NCBI RefSeq assembly: GCF_963921235.1
Contig: NC_086118.1
Span: 16,494,001-16,558,000, forward strand
Direction: 5' to 3'
Length of the DNA stretch: 64,000 nt
From: Mobula hypostoma
Taxonomy: Eukaryota
Shown here: in pieces, positions 1 to 13,932 of the stretch
How positions within the stretch are numbered: position 1 is the first letter of the stretch
How the letters are laid out: each line of letters begins with the position of its first letter
The notes under the pieces: model-generated
The model's input: only the letters and a program-made list of their open reading frames with translations
Databases searched by the model: none
What the model was told of the DNA's origin: nothing
Made by a program: the position numbers and the translations under genes

Positions 1-699
1 TAACTCTTCTGGCTTCAGCCTTGTTGCCGTCTGTTCTGAAATTCTTAGGTTCTGCGAAGCACAGAATCAAATATGATTGTACGCTCTAGTATCAATTGTT
101 TGGCAACAATAAAGTAATAATAATAATAATAAGAAGAAAACAATGAAATGCCGCACTGCCACCATCTGTTCTGGCACGTCATGACAGTGGTTTTAAAAAG
201 CTCTGGTTACCCCATACACATTGCAATGGATATTAGGCGTTTTCAGATTTATTCACTCTGGAGAACGTTTCTGAAAATCTCCATTTTCGGGGGATGAAAA
301 TGCCGTTTTAGTGTGAACAGAGGGTCAAAACAAAGAGAAAAAGCTTTGTTTTCAAAATTACCTGGCACAGTGTGGACGTAGCCTGGGATCGATTGCAAAA
401 TAGGAAACACCTCATTGATCTGAGATGTCTGCATGTACATGAATGCAACTGAGAGACAGCAGTAATTAACATTCAGTTTAGGGTGTCTGGAGTGTTGATG
501 TGAAGATTTAGGTGTTTGAAAATTACACATCAGTCAAAAGAATCTTTATGAATGCATTGTAACCATAGAAATGTACGGCTGTTACCTTTGTTCTTTAGCA
601 TATAAAAATGTCATGTAATGTTGGGTCAAGGAGCCTGTCTCCAGAGTGACTCCAAATGTTGTCAGCTTGTGTGTTGCGAATAAGATTTTTATATTGCCA

Positions 700-1955
700 G
701 CTGGGTGTCTTTTGTCTACATCGAAACAGGTCAACAGCAGATGATATTTCATTTGCTCTTCACTCAGCTCTGGAATGGCTTTTGTCAACAGTCACAACAG
801 TCATCATGGACTTTAAAAAGACACTTGTTGATGAGTGTGTCCCCACAAAATTACTCAGGGTCTTCCCCAACTAGAAAGTCTTGATGAACAAGAGATTTGC
901 AAACTTGCTGAGGGCTAGGTGGGTGGTGTTCATGACTGATGACTCAGGAAAATACAAGCGGTCCAGGCACGATCTCCGGAAATCTGTCTCACATGAGAAA
1001 TGGCAATTCTGAATCAAACTTGTATTACAAAAGGATGCTTTTCAGCTGTGGCAGGGCTTAAATACTATCGCCTCCTGCAAAGCAAAACCAAGCAACGTAT
1101 GTATGTGACAACAAGGTTTCGCCTTGAGATGAGCTCAATGCTTCTTATGTTTGCTTTGACCAACAGAACGTGGAGGCAACTTCAGGAACTCCCACAGGCT
1201 CTGACGACCCTGCAATTTCAGCCTGAGGCTGATGTGAGAACATCCTACAGGACCCATTCTGTGTACCAGGCTGAGTACTGTGCTAATCAACTGGCTGGAG
1301 TGCTTACTGATATCTTCAAGCTCTCAATTCAGCAGTCTGAAGTACCCACCTGCTTCAAGCAGGCTTTGCTTGTACCGGTGCCTAAGAAGAATGTGGTAAC
1401 CTCCCTCAATGATCATCATCTAGAAGCACTTACACCCACTGTGATGAAGTGTTTGGAGAGTCTGGTCATGAAGCATATCAACTACTGCCTGTGGAGAGGT
1501 TTGGGTCCGCTCCAATTTACCTACATCAAAACAGTTCAACAGCAGATGATATTTCATTTGCTCTTCACTCAGCTCTGGAATGTCTGGACAATGAAGGTGC
1601 ATTCATCAGGATGCTCTCCATTGAGTACAGCTCAGCATTCAACTCTATCATCCCCTTGAAACTCATCACTAAGCTCCAGCTCTGAGGCCTCAATCCTTCT
1701 ATGTGCAATTGGATCCTTAATTTCTTCACCTGTAGACCCCAGTCAGTTCGGATTGGCAACAACATCTCCACAATCAACATCTGCACAAGTGGATGACAAG
1801 GCCGTCTGTTTAGCCTCACTGCTCTACCTGCCTTCTACCTACGACTGTGAAGCTAGGTACGACTCCAGTGCCATATTTAAGTTTGCTGACAGCACCATTG
1901 TTGTTTGCAGAATCAAAAGTGGTGATGGATCAGCTTATAGGAGGGAGATTAGAAA
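700..1955 (+). mobile_element. Degraded Rex1/Babar-like LINE RT fragment
   Basis: VPTCFKQ..VPVPKK, MKCLESLV, YSSAFNSI, IFKFADS; short duplicate of one segment at about 720-780. Confidence 0.85.
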
Positions 1956-2414
1956 TGTGTTTCTGGGATTGGTACAGCCTGTGATTTACAGTTTGGAGAT
2001 TGAGTGATCCAGTGCTTTACTGGCTCAGAGAAGATTCCAGGAAGCAAGCACATGCTTGGACGGCCTCAATGCGAAGAAACATGAGCTGATGTTCAACTCT
2101 ATTTCACCATTAATTGCTGATTAAAGTGTTGAGGAAGACTGAGACATCGAGGCAGAAGGCGAACGAGTTTCAGCATGAACTCCCTGCATTCTGATCGCTG
2201 TCGGAGGAGTCTGTGAGTGGTCTATCGCTGTGTGGCTCACTGTGGCAGGTGGGTAGGCCTCTCTACTTCATGTGGTGTCTCCCTCTTGCGATGAATGTCG
2301 GAGATATCATAGGATGGTATCGTGGTTCTGTGTGTATGGACTGGACTGTTGCATTTATGGATTGTGGACTTTTTCAGACTTACGGTTTTTATAGTGTTTT
2401 TTTTAAATCGCTCG

Positions 2415-2850
2415 TACAGACAGAATTGATGGCTTCGTGGCCAAGATTGCAGACAATGAAAAGATAGGTAGAGGGGCAGGTAGTGTTGAAAAATTAGAGT
2501 GTTTGCAGAAGGACTTAGAGACAAATTAGAATAAGTGGCAGATGGACTGCAGTGTAGTGAAGTATATAGTCATGCACTTTGGTAGAAGGAATAAAGGTGT
2601 AGACCATTTTCTGAAAAAGGGAACAAATCAGAAATCAGAGATGGAAAGCCATTTGGGAGACCTCATGCGGGATTCCCTCAAGGTTAATTTGCAGGTTGAG
2701 TCAGGGGCAAGGAAGGCAAATGCAATTTTATCATTCATTTTGAGAGGGCTAGAATTATAAAAGTAAGGATGTAATGCTGAGGACTTACAAGGCATTATTC
2801 AGATTGCACTTGGAGTACTATGAACAGATTTTGCCTCCTTATCTATGAAA
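2415..2850 (+). mobile_element. CR1 LINE fragment
   Basis: MHFGRRNKGVDHFL...DSLKVNLQVES..RKANAILSFI.RGLE. Confidence 0.75.
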
Positions 2851-3274
2851 GCGAGCAAGCAGACTGAAAGCAATATCTTTCCCACTGGGTAATTGTCTCT
2901 TGAGTTCACATGTTACAACGTGTATAACAAACTTGGATTTGGTGAGGACTATGGGAAAATTGCTGTCTCTAGTACGAAAGGTGCAATAAAATATTTAACC
3001 ATTGCAAAAGCAAACAGGATCAGAGTTAATGACTCATACTTCCACTGAATTCCCACCTCCTTTGCCATATATGGATCATGAGACCAAATCTTTGGGTAAT
3101 ATTTCAACATCTTCCAATCAAAGATTTCCAGAATCTGCAGAACCTCGTTTTCTCCTTTTCCAGTTGCTTGGTTTTAATGAAACGAAAGCAGTCGGCATTC
3201 CACTCGCTACCTTGCTGACAAGAAGGACAGACAAAGGTCTTGGACAAACAGGGATTTTAGAAGAATAACAGAAA

Positions 3275-3318
3275 ATAAGTAAAAACAACACAAGTTGTTT
3301 CATGATAATCAATTTATT
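3275..3318 (-). terminator. Candidate distal polyadenylation site
   Basis: Minus strand reads ttAATAAAttgattatcatgaaaacaacTTGTGTTGTTTTTACTTATTTT: hexamer plus downstream GU/U-rich element. Confidence 0.55.
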
Positions 3319-5813
3319 AAGAACACCCAGTTCCAAAACTTATCTTTAATGTTTACATAGCTTTCTTTAATACATTGGCACCTACACTATTGCCGTTATA
3401 TACACAAAGCAAAATTTCCATTGTTAAATGATACACCATAAGAAAATATATAGTATTTACAAAGTGCAAAAAAGTAAGGCAAATATGAATATAGAAAGAA
3501 TTTAGCCCACAGGATTGGTCAAAGTTACAATGACACTTTTGAGGCAGTTTGATTTGGCAGACATCATGTACAAATGGATTGTTTGCTCCCTACATTTCTT
3601 TCGATTGCCATCCCGGAAAATCATTTGACAGTTGACTTATTAACTTAACGATATACAATGAAGGAAGATGCCATTGCTGAAATGTGATTCATTTGAATAG
3701 ATAAAACTTCCTTTGAAATTGAATGGTACTTTTGCAGGACTTTTGCAACTCAAGAGGGCAGTACCACCATAAATAAATATAACGAGACAACAATTTATTC
3801 AAAATAGTTGTATATTAAGATCTTGTATACACTGAGGTAATGGCCCAAGTGCAAAGGTTATAATGCTGGAATTTAAACTCAACCAGCTCCTGTTAAATAC
3901 TTCCCTAGTCATATGTGAGAGGCAACCTACAGGGAAAATGAAGGCAAGATGTGCTCAAAATGTTAGAATGGTCAATAATGCTACAAGCACATGATCTATA
4001 TGGACCAAAGGACAGAAAATGAGGTATAGGTAGCAAAAGAGAAAGCACTTGTAATATTCAGAGGTAACTGTAAGTAGGTATGTACTGATAAGAAAGTGGC
4101 TGGTACAATCATTATAAACATGTTAAGTCAGCAATGCTAGTGTCATGATGGTACGATTGAGAAATTTAAGCACTTACTTGTGATGTTCCATGCATGTCAC
4201 TTTCATTTGTTGGCAACCACCGTAGTTATATTTGGCTGTGCTTTATCTGATATACTGACAAACCAATGTACCGATGGTGTCATTCTAACATCTCTACCTG
4301 TGCTTTTAGCATTTGTGGTTGTGCAGAATATTTTTTAGTGTGCTGATGACGCAAGTCAGACATCCCATCCTCTAACCAGTTTACATAAATACCCGTATCA
4401 TGAAGAGATTTTCTGCTACAATTGTAAAGCGTTAGTCTTTTCCAACTAATGTTAGTTTTGAGAATATGCTCAGTCTATGCAGTATTTGGCCTGTTAATGA
4501 GGATTGTTTTGTGTTTCTTTTAGTATGTGTCCTGTGACTCTCCACTTGGATAGTTTAGTAAAACATAGGTGAAGAATTTTGTGTAGTGAATTTTAAATGT
4601 ACAAATTAGAAATTTGGAATTGTGTGCATTGTTTCATTTTGGTGTATTAAAGAATGGGTAAATTAAAGCTTGACAGTTATACAAACAATATTTCTCCTTT
4701 GTACTATCACTGCCAATTCCAATTAGCAGTGTCTGAACCACATGGAGAATTCCAAGTCAAATCTTGGAAATCAGTGTGCCTTCTCTTAAAGGAAATGGGA
4801 GTAATGCTTGTAGTGGCTTTGGTGGGAATCGGAGTTTCCATTTTCTGAAAAGTTGTATTCCATTAGCTTCAGGCACCAAAGGTGGTAAAGAGCATAGCTT
4901 TCATAATGATAGATTATTCTTATCCTTTTTAGGCCATGACTTATTCACACGCAGTTGTAAAACTATGTTGAGGGCCACTGGGAAAGGATTTTCCCTTTTT
5001 AATGAATGATGCAGCTCAAACAGGAGTAATACTGAATTTCAAAACTATTGAGGCCCTCCCACACTATAGTACTTCGCAAATACTTCCGGCATTCAGCTTG
5101 AGGTGGGAATTAGTTCAGGCTGGTGTGGTGGGGTTTAGTAATGTGTAGAGGAGGAAGATGGGAATTATAATCTTGGTAATATCATATCAAAATCAGGCTG
5201 ATTTATAATGTACTAATGTCATTGTATCATCACTGTGTCTTGTACTGTTCAATTTGACTGCAGGTAACTGCAGAGTTAGCGTTGTTCTGAATGGAACAAA
5301 TCATGGGAAGTTCTCCAGTGACTTCTGCTGGTAAGATGATTCAATATGCCAGTATTTTTGTCCTGATTCTTTAAGAGTTATAAGTGTTCATTTGTCTCAA
5401 GTGGAGATTAATTATGTTGACAGAATTTAGTGTGGTTTTGTTGATCACTGGTTTCCATGCACATGAGATTCTTTATTTTAGCATGCAGCTGTAGCTGTTA
5501 CAAATGGTTTCTTTAAAGAAATAATTCTGTTTTGTGTCTTTTTGAGATTAAGAAATCTTGCATCTACTTGCTGATCACAGCAGAATATCTGATTTTGATT
5601 GTAAGGATCACTCACTGGGGAACAATGCCTTTAAGATGCACATCAATAAATGGTTTGGTCAATATCGGTTGTGAATCTTTGGAACTCTCTTCCATAAAAG
5701 GCAGAGGTAGAAAGATACTTGAAAGGGAGAAGGAAGTGAAAGATAGCTGCAGGTAGGTGACAGAGTCCAATTGAGGTCACAAATGGATCATCCATCATCT
5801 TATTAAATGATCG

Positions 5814-6046
5814 AGCAACACACACAAAATGCTGGTGGAACACAGCAGGCCAGGCAGCATCTATAGGAAGAGGTACAGCCGACATTTCGGGCTGAGACCC
5901 TTCGTCAGGAGGGTCTTGACAAAGGGTCTCGGCCTGAAATGTCAACTGTACCTCTTCCTATAGATGCTGCCTGCCTTCTGCGTTCCACCAGCATTTTGTG
6001 TGTGTTGCTTGAATTTCCAGCATCTGCAGATTTCCTCGTGTTTGCG
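5814..6046. mobile_element. Short Penelope-like inverted-repeat insertion (hairpin) in the putative 3' UTR
   Basis: Arms 5815-5910 and 5914-6008 with a 3-nt loop; 14-bp TSD ttattaaatgatcg (5800-5813) / ttattaaacgattg (6047-6060). Confidence 0.8.
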
Positions 6047-7239
6047 TTATTAAACGATTGTCAGGATTGATGGCCAAGTGGCCTCAACTCATACATAATT
6101 TGTATGTTCGTATGCCTCTCAAATGGATCAAGAAATCTACCAATGTCTTAATCTTTCATTGAAGATAGCAAATAATACTTTCCTAAAATGTTAGACACAC
6201 ACTCATGTCAGCAGAGTATTACAGTACCATCTGAGTAACAAGACTGTATGAACATGAGCAGGATTAAATGAAAGTTAGTATGACATCATGCACAGTGTAA
6301 AGGTATACAGAGTGTGCTAAATTTGAATGCTGGTGATCACTGTTACATTTTGCACAATTTTATCATGATTTGGCAATTCTGTCGTATTCACTGGGAACTC
6401 TCTTTAGCCTTGCACAGGTTGTCAGTTGTGGATTGACTGGCGATTATAATTTAAAGCAGTGTAATATTGTGTTACTCTGTTGTGTTAAAAATATACTGCA
6501 ATCATCAGATATGTTTGTTCACAAAGAATATCAAAGCCCTTCATACCTTGATGTTGACCTGGGAATGAGATATACTTATTAGAATAAGAGTCTATACATT
6601 CCAAGTATGATTTAATTCAAGGCTATTTTACAATATTGCTTATGGTTTGGGTGGGGGGAGTCAAAAGGAACAGAAAATAAGGAATCCATTGATGCCTGAC
6701 TCTATCTAATGTCAAGAAGCTAATCAGGCCTCTACCCAATTAATACTTGGATGGGAGAACACTAGGAAAACCAGATGTAGCAGGTTTTTACTGAAAGAGA
6801 TGAAACTGCCTGGTTACTCTGTCTAAGAATTAGCTCTAATACAAAACAAATTGTAGGTATGCCATTGACATTGACAAAAGAGAACTTGGACAATGAAGTG
6901 CTTTTGAACAGACATCAAAAGATAATTACTCACTACAATTCTTATAATGATATAGACTTTTTCTGACTATTTGGAGAAGTCCATACTTGAAATTTCAAGG
7001 TAGCAAATAAGCAAGGAAACTAGAAGGTTCAAAATATAGTCGGTAATAAATATTAATTCCCTGCACAGTACCTTTCAGATATGGCTTTTACATTTTAGAA
7101 ACTAAAGGTGAACTGAACAATATTAATTTATGTTATTACTATACAAGAAAATCCTTAGCTAAAATTTCAATCACATCACAAATTGTGCCCAGAGATTTCA
7201 GAATAGTTAGCTGTTCCAAAATGGGCACATTGATTTACA

Positions 7240-7245
7240 TTTATT
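7240..7245 (-). terminator. Candidate proximal polyadenylation signal
   Basis: AATAAA on the minus strand at the end of an AU-rich block about 1.26 kb after the stop. Confidence 0.35.
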
Positions 7246-7863
7246 GCAAATAACATTGCAAAAAGGGATAATATAAAGTACAAAATGGTACGAAAATAAT
7301 TCTTTTCTGAGCACTTCTTTGGTTTGAATAAAATTTACCAAAAATAAACTATGTTCTTTACACTAAGACGAGGGTTGGAACTATTGTCACCAACTTCTTG
7401 TTTGGTGTTGTTCCCTTTCAAATTGATTCCTTATTTATCAATTTTTTTTAACATGGGCCTATGAGTTGCTCGCTAAAAATAGTTAAAAGAGATCAATGTT
7501 GGTCAATATCCAAGTTTGCGCTCAGGATTATGTTTGCAGATCTACGTAGGGAGTTCCAGCTTCCGAACTAGCAGGGAAAGCTTCTTTTGTTTCAATTCGA
7601 TTTAAATCTGCAATTGCAGAATTCACTGCTTTTTGTAGAGTGGAGCTTCATTATGGGTGGATGAAGGCAGGAAATGTTTTCTCATAGCATCCTAAGTAAA
7701 ACAACAAATTCTCACTTACCCATCCCATTTCCTATATTTTCAGGTCAGCAAATAGCAATAGAAATACATAGAACTACAATGCATAATTTCATACTCGCTG
7801 ATTTTTAAAAAAAATCATACCAAGTATCTGCATGGAATGCCTTCTAAAATCTTAATACTTAGC

Positions 7864-7916
7864 AGACATTTTTTATATATATATATATATATAAAATATT
7901 ATATATATATATAAAA
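7864..7916. repeat. (TA)n microsatellite, interrupted
   Basis: Directly visible. Confidence 0.9.
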
Positions 7917-8507
7917 CAAGCAAAATGTGACAAACTTTTCTACTCTTAATTGTGCAAAGTGAACAATAAAATATGTATTCACAATACAAAGAATAAAATA
8001 CTTGCATAAATTAGGGTGACTTTGCAAGTGTGGTTCAGAAAGGATGCAAGTATTTTGTTCAAGATAGCAAGTATTGCTTGCTTAGTAAAGAATCTTCCTC
8101 TGATAAAAATTATATAAAAATCTTGCAAAATTATGAGTAAGTTTAAGCTATGTACAAGGCAAAAATGCAGGCTGTGTGCACAAGGTCAAATTGAGAGTTG
8201 GCCGGTTTTTCTCACCTATATACTGCCCCGCCAACTTAGTCGGATTTAGACTTAAAGCAGGTGTCCTCTGGGTGATTCGACCGCGTTCACTTTCCACAGT
8301 AATACATAACTTTATGAAGCTTTTAACTCATTCAAGCAGTGCTACATGCAACAACTACAGGGCAACCATCTTGTAGCCAAATGAATTCCTCTATTTACTT
8401 TACAGTTGCCAACATACTTGTATACACAAGGAATATGCTTCCTTTTTATTTGTTTTGCCATTTAAATGGTTTTAAATTTACCTGTTGTTTCTAGTTTCCT
8501 GAGCATG

Positions 8508-9073
8508 TTACCATTGCAAGTTCATGGCTGTGTTTAAGTTTAGGTCTGTAACGTCCAGGAAATCTGCAGAGAAGATGCTCGGGGTGGAGGAACCAGCCGA
8601 TCCAAAGCCCGCTGTTGAGCTGGGTGGTGTGAGATCTAGCCAGTCCATGTTCTCCAAGGGAGTTTCTGTAAGACCTAGGTTCATAACATGGTTATGTGTG
8701 GAAGAAGGCGACATCTGGGTCTCCATTGGTGAAAGGGGGTTTTCCAGAATTTCTCGAGTGTTCAGCATTTCTTCCCGGGAGTTGGTAGAAAAGCCCTCTC
8801 CAATGCCGTCGAGCTGGGAATCCTCACTGCCAATTTTAAGCAGTGTAATATCACCTCCCCTGCTCAAGGAGCTCCGCGAGTTAAGGAGGGCCTCAAGCTG
8901 ACTGTCACTGTTGCTTGCACAATGGTCAAAGGAGAGCGGAGGAGGAGACATGTGGTTAAAAGGACTTGTTGAAGACCTAGGTGCAGTCACAGTGGAGGCT
9001 CCTGAAGAGACTGTGATTTGAGGCACCGATTTCTGAGCACAGTGGTGATCAGTTTTGGCATTTGGTGGCATTT
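8508..9073 (-). CDS. MYOCD: MYOCD last coding exon, transactivation domain to TAA stop
   Basis: ctttgcag|AAATGCCA; phase 1; MDWLDLTPP...[23 protein letters not shown]. Confidence 0.95.
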
Positions 9074-12000
9074 CTGCAAAGTAAACAGCTCTAATAAGAA
9101 GATACGTCAAGCAAAGCAATCCCAATTACCTGATCCCCATCTTGCCCTGCAACTCACTTGTTCAACAATTCCTCTTTGATTACTTTGCCACATACTACGT
9201 GAGGGGTGATTTGTAGTAACCAGTTAATCTATCAGCACATTTCAGGCTTGTGGGAAGAAACCAGAACACCAAAGGAAAACGCATGTTTTCTCATGGAGAA
9301 CACACAAACAAGGCCTGGATTTGGATTCAGCAGAGTATGCATACTGTGCGTTGCCTTTTTAAAGAGCTTTCTGGCATGGAAGAATTTTAGTGCATAACAT
9401 TTTATAAATAATATACACCCAGTCAGTAAGTCAGACAGCATCTGTAGAGAAAGGAAACAGTTTCATATTGGTGGCCAGTTTGATGAAAAACCATTGCCCT
9501 AAAACATTAACTTTGCTTCCTTCTCCCCAGATTCCGCCTCAGCTGCTGATTATTTCCAACAACATTTGTTTTTACTTCAAGCTTTTGGTGAATGCAGCTT
9601 TTGTTCTTCTTTGCCTTAATAGTCTTTTTCATATGCTGACAGGGAATTCAATCTTGTCAGATCTATTTTTTTCCAAATACTTGAATTGTGGTGATCACCA
9701 CTGCTGCATCTGTCTGCAAGTGTTCTGCCAATTGTCTGTTCCCCCCCCCCAAACAATGGAAAGATAGAATAGGGAGATGTTGTTTCGTTTGGAACAGAGT
9801 ATGAACGAGAGACGAAGTTCAGGTATATAGAATTGAAGGACATACCGAGGCTTTATTTCCCTTGAATGACAGCTTTAAAAAAACTGGCAGTAGAGATTTA
9901 AATTAATTTACAGAGGGATAGACAAGAAATGAGGAAACAATCCAGCCCTGATGAACCGCTCGACCAGAAACACAGTCTGTCCTTCTCCCTCCATCAATGC
10001 TGACTAGCTCTGAGGGAAAAGATGATTTTGCACTCAGATAATGGCAGAGAATTTGGACTTTACTGATTGAAAGGGTGGTAAAATCAGAACCCTTCACAAC
10101 ATTTAAAATGTGTCCAGATATGATCTGAAGAACTGTGACCTGCAGGACTATGGATCAAGCTCTCCTGGTTTCAGTCTCAACAGGATTTTAGTGGCCAGTG
10201 GTCGCCCCTTCTCAACTAGCACTGACATGATGGGCCGAAAGGTCACCTTTTGCTCTAAGTTTTCAATGATTCCACTATTATAACTACATCATAAATGTAA
10301 CACAAGAGACTAAAAATCATTGTTTTTTAATGTCTGCCAGAACTCTTTCCTCCTCGCAGACTCAATAATTTTCAAGTACATATTACATATGCAAAATCCC
10401 TCACCTCCACTCTCAATCAGCACATCCAGCAGGTCATCCATCTGGCTTCTAGACATTTGCTGCAAAGAAACAAGAATAATCTATGTAAAGTAGGTCTCAA
10501 CCAATAAGAATATTTGAAGTCAGCTGACTAAATCATAATATAGAACTGATTAACCAAATTTACATTTAACAGAATATTAAAATGCAATAAAATCTAGCCA
10601 CTGCCTTCTGAATGTTTCAAAAGGCAGTGTAAACTGTAAAATAAAAATATAAGACCATAAGACATAGGAGTAGAAACAGGCCATTCTGCCCTTTGAGTCT
10701 GCTTAAGGCTGTTTTATTACCCTCCTGCCCTATATGCTTAAATGCTGTGAAGGGTTCCCCTGTAACCTTTGATGCCCTTACTAACTAAGAACCTGTTAAC
10801 CTCTGCTTTAAATATACACAATGACTTGGCTTCCACAGTCTGTGGCCATGAATTCCACAAATTCACCACCCTCTGGCTAAAGAAATTCCTCTTCACCTCT
10901 GTTCTAAAAAGGCTGTGGCCTCTGGTTTATCCACATAGCCCTTGCTTAAAACAGATATTATTAAAAATCCTACAATCTTAAAATATTGCTCCCTGCAAAA
11001 AAAAATTGTTTAACTATTAGTGTGACTATTATGGTGAATAAAATCAGCAGAAAAATAACGGAAAATTAATTTATAAAACAGAAGAGAAGCATAGTAGCAC
11101 AGAACGGTAAATATCCAATACTGCCTGAAATATGATTGGCCACATAATTCAACTTTTTATTACATATGCAAAAATGGCTCATGGAGTCAGGCGTCAAAGA
11201 TTGGTTAAGACATAGGATATGGCCAGTTCCAGTCTCTGCCATCTCCTGGAAGAACAATTCCATTTAATGTTCCCCAAATACTTTCAACCTATCTATTCTC
11301 TCACACTGGGCTTCCCAATTCCCTACTAAAGACCTTATATATTTGATGTTTACCATTCCAAAGTCAGTGAGGTCCTGATTGTGACAACTTACTACACATG
11401 TGGTCTCTCTTCCATGTATATGCTATGTTTCCTTGCCCTTGAATCAGTTGGTATTGGGATTTATTCTATCTGATATGGTCACGGTCTATCAAATCTCCTC
11501 TCAGTCTTCTTTGCTGCAAGAACAACCCAGCTTCTCCAGTTTAACCATTTAAATGACACTAAACTGTTCAGGATAAAGTATTATAGCTTATTAATAGTTA
11601 CACGCACTAACAATTGATTCTCAAACACAAGAAAATCTGCAGATCTCCTGGAGTTCTCACCTGTTTCACAGCATCTTCGTACGACGGAGGTTGTTTGATC
11701 TTGCTAAGGGTTGAATTTGAATTACAGAAGGAAGCAGTATTGATGACAAATTTTTGACCAACTTGATTTGCAGAATTAGGTACATTCATCTAAATAAAAT
11801 AGTCCAACAGAAACATACAGTGATAATGAATAAATGTTGTTAGTTTATGGAATTTAAAATCATTTACAAGCTAAAATTTATGGAGGGTGTGAAAGGTAAT
11901 TTCAAGGGGCCAAACTATAACTGATCAGCACCCTTACTTCCCACAATACTGCATTTGACCAAAGATGTAATTAATGCATTTATTACTACATTGTTCATCT

Positions 12001-13897
12001 GTCAGTTATTTCTGTGAGTTCACAAATCTCAGATCGAAACGTGATAGTTATCAATAGTCAGATCTTAGTGAAAGGAAGAATTTAACTGCTAGGCCTTCTA
12101 GACTTTTGTCATGTAAACTGGATTGAAATTTGAGAGTAGAAGAACAAGAAATAGAAGCAGGAAGTGGTAATTCAGTCATGATCTGCCACTCTACGGGCTC
12201 CACATCCCTATTTTGATATTCTACTTGGCAAAGAATCGTCATGATGACCAAGAGGTGGTAACTGCAACGACACTCCCCCTTTTAACTTGGCAAAAGAGCT
12301 TTGCAACTGTCACAGATAATCATTGAACCATACTTACTGGGGAGATCTCATTGGAACCTTTTGAATATTGGAAGAGTAGATGTGGAAAGGTTGTTCCTCA
12401 TGGTGGGAGAGTCTAGGACAAGAGGGCACAGCCTCAGGATAGAGGGGTGCCCTTTCAAAACAGAAATGTGGAGAAATTTCTTTAGCCCGAGGGTGGTGAA
12501 GTTGTGGAATTTGTTACCACATTCAGCTGTGGAGGCCAGGTCGTTGGGTGTATTTAAGGCAAAGATTGATCGGTTCTTCATTGGACATGGCATTAAAGGT
12601 TACGGGGAGAAGGCTGGGAACTGTAGTTGAGGAGCTGAAAAAAAGAATCAGCCATGATTGAATGGTGAAGCACACTCGATGAGCCAGATGGCCTAATTCT
12701 ACTCTTATGTCTTATGGTCTTATGATCTTATATCATGGCCCTTGGATTGAAAAAGAACTCTCAACCTTATCTCATCTGCTCTGGATCTCAATAACCTGCA
12801 GATGATTGCTCTTCAAATATACATTCAAGTATGGCTCAAATGGAATGAGGGCATCTGCTCCCACTGCCCTTTCAGCCAGGCAGTCAAAGACACCTAATAC
12901 TTCCAGAACCTTGTTGAGAAATATTTTCTTAATCTCTCTTTGCATACTTCTACCAATAACTTTAAGTCTATTACTTCTGTTCACTGATCCTGTTGCTTAA
13001 GGAAATTGCTTTTCCTCTTTGCTTGGCCTTGGTTCCATGTAATTTTATACACCTCTATTAAGACTCCCCTCAGCCTCCTCTATTCCAATATACACAATCA
13101 TAGCCTACCCAAATTTTCCTCATAGCTAAATGTTTCTAGCCCTGGCAACATCCCCATTAATCTTCTTTCCTATGCAATCATATCTTTATTAAATAATAGA
13201 GCTGATACAGCTATTTTTGTCAATGTATCAAATACATGTCCTTGCATTGCACAGTTAAGGGTTGAGAATGGGTGAAGGTGAGAATATTATGCTATTGCAT
13301 GCTCCCTTGAACAACAGCGGTGCAGGAAGCACTTTTCCCATCAGTACGTCGTCTATTTCATATAGAAACTACTTATGATCAATACATCCCATTTAATGTG
13401 AGAGTGCATAGAAGTGACTTCTGAGGTAAGCCATAAACTATAAATAGCTTTGGGAGGATGATGACACCTTTGCTTGCACCTTCAGAAACAGCTCTCTTTC
13501 TATCTTTAATATCTCTTTTTTTTCCTTTTCAGGGTTCTTTTGAAGACCCTGACTTGGAGTCACATGCTGACTTGGGTTCTTTGCGGGAATAGGACCCGCT
13601 CTTGGGGTCTCAAGACTGGCCGCGATTCGCTGTGCCAAGGATGCGGCCTAGAAGATTAGCCTGCTGGTTTTTCAGGGCTCTGGAGGCGGGTGGACTCAAG
13701 GTCGGTGCTACCATCTGGTGCATCATGGGAGATGGAAGATCGAAAGCTGCGAGCTGGTTGTGTGCCCAAAGACCCAAGTTCTTTGGGCACAAAGCCCGGA
13801 GGGAGCGATGCAACAGACTTTTAACAGCATGAGTCGGCGAGTTGTTTGTTATGTTTCCCCTCTCGCTGTGAAACGGGGACACCTCTTTTTCCCTTAT

Positions 13898-13932
<35 letters not shown>

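Larger units (their letters stand above)
3295..8507 (-). other. MYOCD: Putative long MYOCD 3' UTR (about 5.2 kb)
   Basis: AT-rich and repeat-poor downstream of the stop; ends at AATAAA (3313-3318) followed by a GU/U-rich tract; extent inferred. Confidence 0.5.

Noticed and set aside
7473..7482. Perfect MEF2 site CTAAAAATAG
   Set aside because: A single hit in an AT-rich UTR; cannot be distinguished from chance.
8524..8901. Plus-strand 125-aa ORF
   Set aside because: Antisense shadow of the last MYOCD exon.
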